Source: Selaginella moellendorffii
Taxonomy: Eukaryota; Plantae; Lycopodiophyta
Direction: 5' to 3'
Assembly: GCF_000143415.4 (NCBI RefSeq)
Contig: NW_003314264.1
Coordinates: forward strand, 1,442,733 to 1,506,732
DNA: 64,000 nt
In this document: positions 1 to 12,806 of the stretch, piece by piece
How the letters are laid out: the number at the start of each line of letters is the position of its first letter
Numbering within the stretch: position 1 is the first letter of the stretch
Notes under the pieces: model-generated
Database searches by the model: none
Told to the model about the DNA's origin: nothing
What the model saw: the letters and a program-made list of their open reading frames with translations, nothing else
Translations under genes and position numbers: made by a program

Positions 1-158
1 GGGGCATTCCCTAGGCATCGAACAACCGACTTAGAACTGGAACAGACAAGGGGAATCCGACTGTTTAATTAAAACAAAGCATTGCGATGGTCTCTGCGGA
101 TGTTGACGCAATGTGATTTCTGCCTAGTGCTCTGAATGTCAAAGTGAAGAAATTCAAC

Positions 159-231
<73 letters not shown>

Positions 232-317
232 TGCGCATGAATGGATTAATGAGATTCCCACTATCCCTATCTACTATCTAGCGAAACCACATCCAAGGGA
301 ACGGGCTTGGAAGAATC

Positions 318-357
<40 letters not shown>

Positions 358-364
358 ACTTTGT
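1..364 (+). rRNA. 26S/28S (LSU) rRNA gene fragment, 5' side of the LINE insertion site; degenerate copy that continues upstream of the window
   Basis: Conserved eukaryotic LSU sequence (GGGGAATCCGACTGTTTAATTAAAACAAAGCATTGCGATGG; GTAACTATGACTCTCTTAAGGTAGCCAAATGCCTCGTCATCTAATTAG; GACCCTGTTGAGCTTGACTCTAGTCCGACTTTGT) with scattered apparent C>T/G>A changes. Confidence 0.97.
348..364 (+). repeat. Target-site duplication copy 1 (CTCTAGTCCGACTTTGT)
   Basis: Same 17-mer at 37155-37171; 16-mer at 44823-44838. Confidence 0.95.
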
Positions 365-446
365 TAAATAGGGTATTTTATTTTCCAGTAAAAAACCAAA
401 AAGACTGGGCATGGTTTTGTTGGGTACAAATCCAGCTAAAGAGCCT

Positions 447-3400
447 TTACCTAGAGGAGCCTACAATGGAAGTACCTACGGAAAGGGGGGTTGCTCGCGA
501 GCTGGTGCCCGAAGGTCTTCCTAGATGTGACACTTGGAACCATTCATCCGGCGGTGTCCACATCCATTCCCGAGTACCTGCCTCCCCTTGCTTCCACAAA
601 AAATGCTAGATCTGTGCCTCTTTTTTTGCTTTTTCTGGACCATTTCTCCATCCTCTCTTTTCCAGCTGTAGGACACGGGCTGCTGCTGCAGTTATCATTC
701 TAGTCCACACCCGTGATGCCACCACCCTTGGTCCTTCTTCCTTGTCATTGAAAATCCTGTTACACCAGGCTTTCCACACTTCCCACATTGTAATTCCTCG
801 CAATAGATCTACTATCTCTGATGGAATTCCCTCTGTGTCTGTTCTCGTTGTGTTGAGCTGATCGAACCACGGTGCCTCTTCTTCTTTTGAGGACCATTTC
901 CAAGAGTCTGTTCCATTTCTCATTCCTGTAGCAGCTTCGCCCCACACTGCTGCTTCATACGTGAGGCACACTTGTCTTTGGGAGTGTTGTTGCAGCAACC
1001 AGCACGTGCTTCTCCACACGTCTTGTGTGCTTTCACATTCCCATAGTATGTGCCTTTGTGTCTCCCTCGCTCCGCATTTATCACATGTTTGGTCCAAGAG
1101 ATGTATATTCCGCTTAGATGGTAGTCGGTCTTGCATTGTCAACCACATAAAATATCTTGTTTTTGCTGCCCACTGTCCATTCCGTAGTCCTTTTAAAGTC
1201 TCTTGTTGCATCCTGTCTTGTATGTTAGCTCGTTTCATCCTTGATATCAGCAGCGAGTCACTGCGCGGGCAAATAAGCCTTCTTCCCAATCTTGTTTCGT
1301 ATGCAAAGAACTCTTCTTTTTTTCACCCTTGCCAATTCCATTCCATTGGATCCCAGGTCAGCTCACTTAATTTTTGTTGCCTAAACCAGTACATCCTAGC
1401 TACTAGGCCTTCCGATATCTTCGGGTCCATTGTTGCTGTTTTCTTATCCATTTTTATAACTCGTATCGGCTCTGCTCTTGACATGTCTGGTCGTGGACTT
1501 TCCTCGGGCACCTTGTATGGTAATAGTCGACCTGCCACCCTGACTTCGAAGACAACACACTTTGCCTGGTCTTGAGTTGCCGTATATATCACCTTTTCCT
1601 CGGCTATCCACCATGCTGGTGTCGTTTCTCTGACTTCCCTAATGCTCTGTTTGCAGTTCCTTCGTGCTCCTTCAAAGGCTGTTTCGAACTTTTTCAAGCG
1701 GTGTGCTGAAATTTCCAGCCCGTAGAAAGCTTTTAGTCTATCTCTGTTCATTTCTGTTTCCCCCACTTTTATTATCGAGTTGGCTTCTGCAAATGTTCTC
1801 ATCCCAACCCTGTGGAGATCCCGGCATACCTTGTCTATTTCTCTGTTCCCTGTTTCCCCCAGACTTTTCCCTTTATACTGAAACAGCTTATTAAGGAATA
1901 TTGGTTGTTGGTCCACCTTGTAACTGTTTGCCGGTTTTCTTTTTTCCATCTTGCTCTTGAGTTCTTTCCATAGCCTGAATAATTTTCCAGAGAACGTATT
2001 TGGTTTTGGCATTTTTAGAGCTCCTTCATTGAACAGCCACCTTTCATCTTTTTCCCAATTTTGTCTTGTGTGTTCTAGTCTATCAGGAATGACTTTGAGC
2101 AATTGGTAGCGTAGTAGGAGTTTCCATGGTTGGTTTCCAGGCATGTTCATTCGGTGAAAGATCTTGAAAAGCAGCGCCTTGCATTGTTCCTCTATATCTA
2201 TTATATTTATCCCCCCATTGTGTTTTGCTCTCGTGACTGAGCTCCATCCAACCTTTGCCCCTCCTCTTGATACTGTTGCCTGTCCCTTCCATACATATGT
2301 CCTGATGAGCTTGTTCATGTCTTTTAATGTTTTCTTGTCTAAGTTCCATGACGCTGCCAAGAACCAAATTTCCCCTAGCACAATATTGTTTGCCACTACA
2401 CACCTCGCCGAGAAGGATAGCTTTCGTGATGCCCAAAATTTCAGTTGATCTCTAAGCTTTTCGACCGCTTTTTGGTTCTGTGGGAGGGGGTCGTAAGCCT
2501 TGCCTACTTGGAACCCCAAATATCTTGTGGTTTCCCCTGGCTTCAGCCACTTAAACTCCCACTCACTCCCCCAGTTTGGCAGGTCAGAGCTTGGCAGCCA
2601 TATCCCCACCGATTTTCCCCAATTTATTCTTGACTCAGTTGCCAGGTTGAAGAAGTCTAAATCCTCCTTAACCTTGCTCATGTTTTCCGGTGATCCTGAT
2701 GTGATGATTCCCGTGTCATCCGCGAATGCGCTGGATTTCAACTGCCGTTCAGCTGTCCCTGCCAGATCTTGTAGCGAGTCTCTACACCCGGGCAATACCA
2801 GCCCCTCTGGCCCATCCTCCCTTGCTAAATAGTGCACTAAAGCATCGGCCACGAACAGGAATAAAAAAGGGGCTAGTAGACACCCTTGTCTTACTGACCG
2901 TTGTAGCTTGATCATGTTCCCCACTGTCCCATTTATTGTGACTTTGCTTGATGCACCTTGGTACAAGGTGGCCGTCCATCCTATGAACTCTTCTGGAATG
3001 CCAATCTTCCTCATTGTCATTTGCAGGAACTCCCAGTCCACTTTGTCATACACCTTCTCGTAATCTAGGAGTATTATTGCCATCTCTAGTCCTTGGTCCT
3101 TGACTTGTTCTTGCGTGAGCAGCACTGTCAAGATGTTGTCTACCAGTTGTCTGCCTTCCACAAATCCATTTTGGGTGTCGTGTATTGTCTCTGGCAGTAT
3201 CGGCCTTAATCTCTTGGCTAGCGCCTTGGCTACTATCTTGTATAGGGTGTTCAGCATCGAGACCGGTCTCCAATTTTTGATTAGAGATGCATCTCCCCCT
3301 TTTTTCGGAATGAGTGCAATTATTCCATCTATGGCTCCTGGAGGCCATTGTCCCATTCTCATCACCTCCCTCCACGTGTTCAACACTACTGGCCCAATCC

Positions 3401-4881
3401 ATTCCTAGTTCACTTTATAGTACGCTGGTGGCATCCCATCTTCCCCGGGCATCTTGTCGTCGTTCAAGTCTCTAACTGCCTCCTCTAGTTCTTCCAGTGT
3501 GAAGTTTCTACACAATGCTCGTGCTAAGGATTCATCTACTTTCCGGGGTACAGCCTGGAACACCTCGTTCATAGCTGTTTTCCTTTCTTCTGTCCATGGT
3601 TCCACCCTAAACAGTCCTTGGTAGTATGCCTCAGCCATCTTGTGAATTTCCTGTAAGCTTGTGTGTATCACCCCTTGGTCATCCTTGAGCCTGAACATTG
3701 GCGGGGACATGACTCTTGCTTTTATAGACTCATAAAACTCTTTGTTCAGCGCATTCTCGCTAATATGCCACTTGAGGTGTCCCAACCTTATAAATGCCTC
3801 CATTTTTTTCCGCCTCCAGGGTGAAAAGTTGAGCTTTGGTTCTTGCTAATTGAGTTCTGAGTGACGTATCCAGCGGGTCCAACCTGATAAATCTCTTAAT
3901 AGCTTCAATATTTCTTCTTATTGCTTGCACTTTTGTATAGACTTTTCTTTGTTTGTTCTGTGTCTTTTTCCGGATCTCATTGGCTATCTTGGTTGTGAAC
4001 TCGTGCAGATCTCCTCCTTCTTGCTGATTCCACTTTTCTTTTATGTAGTCATTCAGTTTCCTGTCCTCGAAGTTTTTCCAAGACACCGGTGCAGGCCTCC
4101 TTGTTCCCCACCTCTTTAAGATGGGAAGCGTCAATGACACCAAGTTATGATCCGAGAAGTCTCTGTATCCTGTTGCTATATCTAATTTTCCACTATTCCC
4201 ACCCAGTTCGGGTGATACATAAAAACGGTCTAGTCTTTGTTGAATTCCCCATTGCTGGTGCTCTTGCCATGTGAATCTTGGTTGGTGTTGTACAAAACCT
4301 GGGATGTTGTACGTATCTTCTAGTCCCAGCGCTAGCACTAGTTGTGCCCACATTGCTCTTTCCCTGCTTGTCCTTTTGTTTCTCATTTCTCCCCCATCTT
4401 TGTCTAGCTCCTCTTCCACAAAGTTGAAGTCTCCCGTGACCATCCATGTTGAGGGTTGTGTAGGTATTCAGTGTACCAATTTATTCCAGAAATCTGCTCT
4501 TTCAGAGGAGCTTCCTGCTGGTGCATACACATTTAGGAGGCCCACTAGCATATCTCCTATCTTAACCTGGACACACTGTGCTCTACCTGGTACCAGTATT
4601 GCATGATCTTCGACCAGGGATTCCCACGGGCCTTTTACCACTATTAATGTGCCTCCACTGCATGATACTACCGGATTCCAGAAATATTTCCCTTTCGTAA
4701 ACTTATAAACCAGGTCCATACTTGAGAGCCTATGCTCTTGCACACACAGGAAATCAAAACATTGAGTCACACCTTCTACTTGGCTAAGGTACTATCTAAA
4801 CTTCGTCTTTTTGTTATTCAGCGCTGATCTCTCCTTCTTCAGGCCTCCCATGTTCCACGTTCTCACGTTGACGTTAACCAT
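447..4881 (-). pseudogene. LINE A ORF2: APE endonuclease, reverse transcriptase and C-terminal zinc-binding domain; stops and frameshifts present
   Basis: Motifs TWNMGGL, LCVQEH, NVYAP, GDFN, RLDRFY, SDH; WRPVSMLNTLYK, LDYEKVYDKVDW, SVRQGC, AFADD; CDKCGARETQRHILWEC. Confidence 0.93.
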
Positions 4882-6273
4882 TTCTGAATCCTCGGGCGCT
4901 GCCAAGATGCTATCTCTCCACCCAATGGTATGGTCCCATTGGGCGGAGTGGCCATGCAAACGGGATTTTCACCGTTCCTCGGAACCTGAACGAGTTCGGC
5001 GCTTCCTCCACGAAATTGTCTTCTCGAATCGAAAACCTCTGTGGGTTCCAGTTGAAGTTGTAGGCTAGAATATCCTCTAGAGTCCGGCCTATGTCTTGTC
5101 CAGGCAAGATCAAAATCACCGGTGGGGCGTATCCAATTCTGTTGTCGATCCATTCCCCCAGAAACTTGGGAGGGTTCGTTCCACTGACATAGAGCTCTAT
5201 TTCACAAACTGCTCTTCTTGGGGGAGTGAATCCTAGAGGACAGTTTCCTCTTGCAAAGCCTTCCGTTCTTCCTGATCTTGAGCGCGACTATTGTTGTTCT
5301 ACTGGCCTTGGCCCCCTTTGTGTAGCCTACTGTGGTGGTAGTTCTCCTTTATCCTGGACAATCTCTACGTCTGTGTCAAGTCCCTTTGCCTCCCCCATGG
5401 CTTGTCCTTCAAAGAGTCTTCCTATCAGCCTCCATTCTTTCCCTCGCGAAGCCCCCGACTGTCCTTTTTCCGGCTTGGCTGCTGTTGATTGCTCCCCTTG
5501 TCCCTCCTCCTTCTGTCCTTTGGTTCGAGGCTTCTTGCTTTCTCCGCTGGAGGCCGCTTTCTCTATTATTTCCCTTTCCCCTCTGGCTCCTCGTTTTTTG
5601 CCTTCCGAGCCACTGTTTGTTTTCTGTCGGTCCTCTCCTGTTTCCTGCATTCCCCCCATGCTTGCTCCTCTGGCCAAACAGTGTTTCCCAATATGTCCCG
5701 TGCGCCGGCAAATAATGCATATGCTCGGGTTTGGTAACAGCATAACCCGAATCCTTCTTGGCCCTTGCCCCTTCCCTGGCTTGAGTTCTATCTCGAAGGG
5801 GATGTGTACTTCTTTCGGAATCCTGACTTTGACCGTGACTCTGTCTCCCACTAGCATTCCTTCCATCCTTGTAAACGTAGCGAACTGCCTCAGAATTGCC
5901 GCCAGAATCTTGTCTTTTGCCAGTGCCACGTCCATGCCCTGTAGCTCAAAGTTCACGATCACAGACGGTGGGAGTAGCATCCTTTTTTTCTGGGGCGTGA
6001 AGGTGTTGTGGTATGCTCTGAAGAAGAGCTGAAAGTCTAACTGTGCATACGCATCCACTCGCAGCAGCTTGTGCCGAGCTCTCTCGTCCTTGATGACCAC
6101 ATTATAGCATTTTTCCCCCAGGTCCTTCACATCTTCTGCTAAGACCGTGACCAACATGTCGTGATACGCCAGTGCTACGCACACCCAATCTGACACTACA
6201 AATCCTGCCGAGACTGCTCCTTCCACTATCACATGTATTGTTTCCTCAGCTCTTCTGGCTTGCAGCTTGTTTA
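4874..6273 (-). pseudogene. LINE A ORF1, C-terminal part (CCHC zinc knuckle)
   Basis: CIICRRTGHIGKHC; homologous to ORF 41690-43099; the ORF1 stop overlaps the ORF2 ATG region. Confidence 0.85.
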
Positions 6274-6824
6274 TGTAAGCGACTAATTTTTCCATTCTAC
6301 TTTAGTCACTTAACCACACCTTCGACCACTTGGAGGAGTCTCACTCACAACCTCCTTAAGTCCAATTCAGGACTTGGGACTTGCTAGCCCCAAGAATGGC
6401 ATCCATGCCACTCAACACTTGCACCTGGTCCAAGTGCTCCACGTGTCCGGTCCCAAGACCGACACCCAAAGGTACCACTGACATCTCGGCCCGTTACGCT
6501 AAGGCCATGCCCATTCACCTTTGCTGCACTAGTGGTCCAATACCACTTGCATCACCATCCCGTCTCTCCAAGACTGGGCTATCGGTCCACGAGTGGTCAT
6601 CCTAGATCCACTCCTTAGCATCCTTAGGATGCCCACAGACCTGGGGAATCGCCTTCCCCAAAGTCCCTTTGTCAATTCCTACCAAGTCCCTTTTTGCCCC
6701 TGGCCGTGTTTGCCAACATTGCCACTGGATCGAGGCCCACAGGCCCGACCACTAAGTCCCATGGTCCTCTGGGACTTCCTCACCACACGACTGTGTCCTT
6801 GGTCACTACCCCAGAGGACTGCTC
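6274..6824 (-). repeat. 3' LTR of the non-autonomous element, piece 1 (continues at 14346-14373 and 27693-28766)
   Basis: Near-identical to 32837-33387. Confidence 0.93.
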
Positions 6825-7975
6825 TGTAAGGAACCGACTCCCCGAGATGTCGTAGGCTAAAGGATCCCCAAAAGCTTGACCGAAATGACAAAGAGTTCAT
6901 CGGATGGGACCAAGTCGAGGATCGAGTCCAAGACCGACTCTAGGACCGAGTTCGAGATAGAGTCCGGAATCGAGTCCGAGACCGACTCGGGGACCGAGTT
7001 CGAGTCCGAGTTCGAGACCGAGTTCGAGACGGAGTCCGGATCTGAAATTGGGTCCGAGACCGAGTCCGAGGTCGAGTCCGAGGTCGGGTCCGAGATCGGG
7101 TCCGAGATCGAGTCCGTGATCGAGTCCGAACCCGAATCCGAAGTCGGATCCGAAATCGGGTCCGAGATCGAGCCAGAGACTAAGTCCAAATACTAATACG
7201 GGTCAAGGGGTGAAAGCCCAAAGCGTGCGTCTCCCAGGGGGGGGGGGGGGGCTGCAGGGGGTTCCAAAAGTATAGTAGGGATAGTGAGGTCCAGGAACCA
7301 GTTTTGAAGGGACTCTCCAGTTGGGCTTCCAAACCGACTTGAGGTTGAGACTGGGACCGAGGGGCCTTGGGTGGGAGTGAGCATGGACTTGGCTGGTGCC
7401 GGAGGGGCCATCCAAGGAAGTGCTCAAGAGCAGCTCCCACTCCCGAAAGGGAAACTGATTGCGGTGCTTCCGGCTCATGTGGAGTGGTGCCCCACTTGAG
7501 TACCATGCGGCTCATTGGTCCTCGCCCTTCCTAGGGGCTTGGGCCTTCCTTCGGGATGGAAGTGGGGGGCGAGAGGTACCCATACCGGGCCGCTAGGCCA
7601 CGGTGTTTCGCCCCGGCATCCCGAAGCAAGTGTTGCACTCAAGACTTGGGATTTAGAGGGTCCCATGATCAAGTCTTGTGGTACCAAGGGATGTTAGGAA
7701 CCTGGAAGCTTGGTGTGCTTGGCTGCTTGTGCTTGCGGGGAGTGTAGTCGAACCTTAAGTCCAGTCTAACCCGGGGAGGGGGATTGGGAGTGATTTGGGA
7801 ATCCGTGGAAGGATGGCTAACACCCCGTTGCTCGTGCAGTGAGTAGCTGAAACCAAGTAGGAGCTGGTACCATAGGCGAGAACCTTGGCGAGGGGACTTA
7901 GCAAAAGCCAAGGCAGTGTTGGACGGATAGACGAGGTAAGCTGGCAAATTGGAAAGGAAAAATTTGTGGCTTACA
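6825..7975 (+). repeat. Chromovirus 5' LTR
   Basis: Nearly identical to 13210-14340 (a few SNPs, one ~19-bp indel, poly-G length difference); contains a GAGTCC/GAGATC hexamer array. Confidence 0.97.
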
Positions 7976-8034
7976 ATTTGGTATCGGAGCCTTTATCTCA
8001 GTTCTAGCGAAGGATAGAGGCGGATTGCTGGGAG

Positions 8035-11000
8035 ATGGCAAGGGCAGGGCGTAAGCGAACCCAGACGGAGACGGAACCTCCGCCGGAGCTGGAGCCTCCG
8101 GTTGAACAGGAGGCTATGGATGAGGAATCCTTGCATGAGGAGGACTCTAGTGAGGAAACTTCCAAACAGGAGTCCGGTGGCAAGGTTCGGTCGTCCAAGG
8201 CTCGATTGGACGTGCTAGAAGGACAGTTGGCACAGACCAATGCCCTGCTGGAGACTCTCGTACGCAAGTTAAAGCGTGACGAGAAGCGGAAGAAAAAGCG
8301 AAAGACTGCGGATGAAGGCAGCGCAGAAGGTGCGGACCCTTCGGCAGGGACTGAGGCAAAACCAGACAAGGTCGAACAGACCGAAGTGGAATCAGTCCCT
8401 CAGGCAGTTCCCAAGTACAAACCAAAGCCCCCACCGGTGTTCAAGGGAGTGAACGACTATAAGGTTGTGGAGGATTGGTTTTACGATATGGAGGACTACT
8501 TCCGAGCGTTACGGTTACCGAGCTCGGAGAAGGTCCCATGTGCAAAACCATACTTGGCAGATAATGCCAAGTCTTGGTGGAGAACAACGGAGGCCAACGA
8601 AGGACCGGTGGCCACCTGGGACATGATGAAGGCGAGGATCCGCGCGACATACGTTCCTCCAAATGCCACTCTGCATCTGAGAGATGAGCTGAGTAGGCTG
8701 AAGCAGACTGGAACCATCCAGGAATATGTGAATGGGTTCATGGCAAAGAGGATACTTGTCACGGACATGGGGGATATGGATGCGTTCCATGCCTTTATAT
8801 CAGGTTTGCAAACCTGGGCTCGCGGTGAGGTGATGCGCTGGAACCCGACCAACTACAAGGAAGCGTTGGATGCGGCCATCAAGGTGCATTTCAACGATAA
8901 CCTGCGAAAGGGGAACACGACGGGGTCGGGATCCACGTTTCACAAAGGGGCCAAACCGAGGGGAACATATAGCAGGGGGAAATTCAAGAAGAGTTTCTCT
9001 AAGAATGAGTCCTCGGGATTCCGGAAAGGCAAATCCGGTGGCCAGCGAGCAAGTACGTGGGGGAGTCAAGCGAAAAGAGACAAACCCACGGATAAGAAGG
9101 TCAAGTCATATAGCAGCGTGGGAAACAACGTATGCTACAACTGCGGTGAAGCGGGACACTTTTCGAGGGAATGTCCCTACCCGAAGAAGGCCAGAGCCAA
9201 TATGGCCATCAAGTCGGGTGAAGTCCAAAATGAGGTATGTGATCCAGTCCCTAACTCAAAGTTACTCATTACACGAGCAACTTTGGTAGAGAGTCGTTCG
9301 CGACATCTACTAGCCCTCCGAGGGAAGCTCGGAGGTAGCTTTGTTAAGATCCTTATTGACACGGGTGCTTCGGATAATTTTGTGGTTGCAGACATAGTCC
9401 GGCAAGCCGGACTAACGGTGCAGCGGCTAGGCGAACCAAGGACTATAGAGTTTGTTCAAGGTAGCCAAAGCACCGATGAGGTACTTCGACAAGCGAGAGT
9501 CGAAGTGGGGACATGGAAAGTGGACATGGATTTCACCGTCTTGGACATGGCGGGATTTGACGTGATCTTCGGAATGGATTGGTTTAATCGGTTCGTGGTA
9601 GCCCTGCATGGACAAGGTAGGAACCTTGTGGTATTGGCGAATGCCCAAGGAAGAAGATCTAGGGTGGAGGCCCAGGATCTAAAGGTAGGGCAAAGCAAGG
9701 CCAAAGAGTCATGCTTAAACCTGGTGTCCACGAGAGGACAACTCACTAAAGGAACTAAGGCAGCCTTTTTGTGCTTACTCTCGGTGAAGAGTGACAAAAA
9801 GACAAGAACGGAAGAAGTACCTTTAGTGATCCAGCAGGTGCTGGACCAATTCCAGGATACGATGCCGGAGGAGCTACCGGCGGGGTTGCCCCCTGCACGA
9901 CCGATAGAACATAAGATTGAGCTAGTCGAGGGTGCTGAGGCGGTGGTTCGTCCACCCTATCGATTGAACAAAAAAGAACTCAAGGAGCTCAAGAGCCAAC
10001 TAGAGGAGTTGGTGGACAAAGGGTATGTTAGGTTGAGCAAGTCGCCGTATGGGGTGCCGGTGCTATTTGTGAAAAAGAAAGATGGATCTATGCGCATGTG
10101 CATAGACTACCGGTTGCTCAACAAGTATACCAAGAAGAACAAGTACCCTTTGCCAAGGATCGAGGACCTGTTCGATAGGTTGGGAAAGGCAAAATACTTC
10201 TCGAGGATTGACCTAAGGTCAGGATACTACCAGATCAGGGTAGCTGAGGAAGATGTCGAGAAGACAACCTGTCGAACGAGGTATGGGAGCTTTGAGTTTC
10301 TGGTGATGCCCTTTGGGCTGTGCAATGCGCCGGCAACGTTTTCGGCGTTGATGAACCACATCTTTGTACCCTACCTGGATCACTTCGTGGTCGTCTATAT
10401 TGACGACATCCTGATCTATAGCGAGACGCTAGAGGAGCATGCCGAACACTTAGCGAAGGTGTTTGAGAAACTAAGGGAACACAAACTGTATGCTAAAGAG
10501 AGCAAATGTGACTTTGCTCAACAAGAGGTAAAGTTTCTAGGGCATGTGGTGGGCCAGGACGGGCTCAAGGTGGACCCGGAGAAGGTCCAAGCGATCCAGG
10601 ATTGGGAGCGACCATCGAATGTACATGAGTTGAGGGCATTCCTGGGGCTATGCAACTACTATCGAAAGTTTATCAGACACTATTCGAGAGTAGCCCTGCC
10701 CTTAACGGACCAAACAGGAAAAGGGAAGATGGTATGGACAGCAGAATGCGAGACGGCATTCGTCCACCTCAAAGGGAAGTTGAGGAAGGCTCCCGTATTG
10801 GCATTGCCAGACTTTGGTAAGGACTTTGAGGTAGAAACGGATGCTTCGGACTTTGCGTTGGGCGCAGTTCTGAAGCAAGACAACCATCCGGTAGCGTTCT
10901 TCTCGAAGAAGCTGGACAAGGCTCAACGGAAGTGGCCTGCCCACGAGAAGGAATTGTTTGCGGTGGTCAAGGCACTCAAGGAGTGGCGACACTACCTTGG

Positions 11001-12806
11001 GAGACACTTCAAGGTTTACACGGACAATGTGGCAACGAAACACTTCTTGTCACAGCCCGACCTAAGAGGGAAACAAGGTCGGTGGGCCAATGCCTTGGCC
11101 GAGTTTGATTGCGAAATTCTGTACAAGCCTGGGAAGAGCAACATCGTGGCGGATGCGCTAAGTCGAAAAGCGAGCTTGAAGTTGGCAATATCCAGCGCAA
11201 CAGCAACCTTCTGGGACGATGTGCGGACAGCATATGAGAACGATGGTCTAGCACAGGAAGTGTTGCTGAGGAATCTAGAGGCGCGGGAAGCTCACCAGAG
11301 AGGTGAGTTGCCAACGGAAGAGAAAACGGGCTATGCAGAACGCAACGGACTCATTTATTACAAGCAAACGAGGGTGTATGTTCCAGAAGGGGAACTAAGG
11401 AAGGTGGCCTTAGAAGAGTGTCATGACGGACCTCTTGCGGGACACGGTGGAGTGCCCAAGACGATGGGCCTACTCAAAAGGAAGTACCATTGGCCAGATA
11501 TGGCTAAGGACGTCCAAGACTATGTAAAGACATGTCCAACATGTCAGCAGGTAAAAGCCGTGACCAAGGCTAGTGGGGGCTTGTTGCAAAGCATCCCAAT
11601 TCCAGATCACCCGTGGAAATGTCTTACAATGGACTTCATCACGGGACTCCCCCCAAGTGAGGGGTTTGATGCGATATTCGTGGTGGTGGACCGATTTTCG
11701 AAAATGGCACACTTCATACCCACCACAACAGACGTGGATGCGGAAGGTGTGGCAAAGCTGTTCTTCGAACAAGTGGTTCGAGTGCGGGGAAGACCGGAAG
11801 AGATCATCTCAGATCGAGATAAGATCTTCACCAGTAGGTTCTGGAGGACTCTCCTGGAACAGTATCGCACCAAGTTGAAATTCAACACAGCCTATCACCC
11901 ACAGACAGGTATGGGGTATTGAGTCAAGTTGTTGGCCCTAACACTTCTTGACAGACGGACAAACGGAAAGGGTGAATAGGCAGCTGGAGGATTATTTGCG
12001 ATGCTATGTCTCGGGAGACCAGACCGATTGGGTAAGTCATTTGGGACTTGCGGAAATGTGTTATAACAACTCACCACATTCGAGTATCGGGGTGAGTCCA
12101 TGGGAAGTCATCAATGGGCGGGCTATTGAAGGTCCTGTGGAACTCGGTGTGGCCGAGTATCATGGAGAGTTACCCGCAGTGGAGGCATTCATGGCAGAAA
12201 GACTCAGCATTTGGAATCTAGTGAGGGATTCCTTGGAACGGGCTCAACAAAGGCAAACCAAATACCCGAACCAGAAGCGTCGGGATGTAGAGTTCCAAGC
12301 TGGGGAGAAGGTGTGGCTGAACACCAAGAACCTCAGACTACCAAGTGGGATCAGCCGAAAGTTGACCCAAAGGTAAAGATGCATGTATTCCTGTAAATGA
12401 ATTGATCTTGAGTTCCTTAAGCAGGTTCGCGGGGCCTTACGAGATTGAGGCACGAATCGGTAAAGTGGCTTACCGACTCCGACTTCCTCGAGAGATGGGG
12501 AAGATACACCCAGTGTTCCACGTGAACTTACTCAAGCCGTACTTTGAGGATCCGCTTCGCAAGGACCAAGTGAGACCTTTACCTGAGGTTATCCAAGGGG
12601 AAGAGGAATACGAAGTCGAAGCCATCCTCAATGCGCGCAAGAGCAAGCGACAAGGACGCGAGGTGAGAGAGTTCCATGTGAAGTGGAAAGGATTTCCACA
12701 CTGCGAAGCAACATGGGAACCGGAGGAGAACCTAGCGAACGCGCGAGATCTAGTGGAGGAATTTCTGCAAGGCAGAACTCTATGTACTTATGCAAAATTC
12801 AATTAA
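8035..12806 (+). CDS. Gag-Pol polyprotein (gag, CCHC, protease, RT, RNase H, integrase, chromodomain); exons 8035-11908, 11955-12372, 12425-12806
   Basis: [14 protein letters not shown]; LIDTGAS; YIDD; [10 protein letters not shown]; HHCC zinc finger; removing two GT-AG introns restores [14 protein letters not shown] and KLTQRFAGPY; chromodomain [22 protein letters not shown]. Confidence 0.93.

Noticed and set aside
190-210. R2 element insertion
   Set aside because: The R2 target TTAAGGTAGCCA is uninterrupted, and the LINEs encode an APE rather than a restriction-like endonuclease
307-609. 100-aa ORF across the rRNA/LINE junction
   Set aside because: Chimeric chance ORF with a non-ATG start
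6857-7196. Ser/Glu/Asp-rich ORFs in the chromovirus LTRs (also 13242-13581)
   Set aside because: Translations of stop-free hexamer arrays; no evidence of coding function
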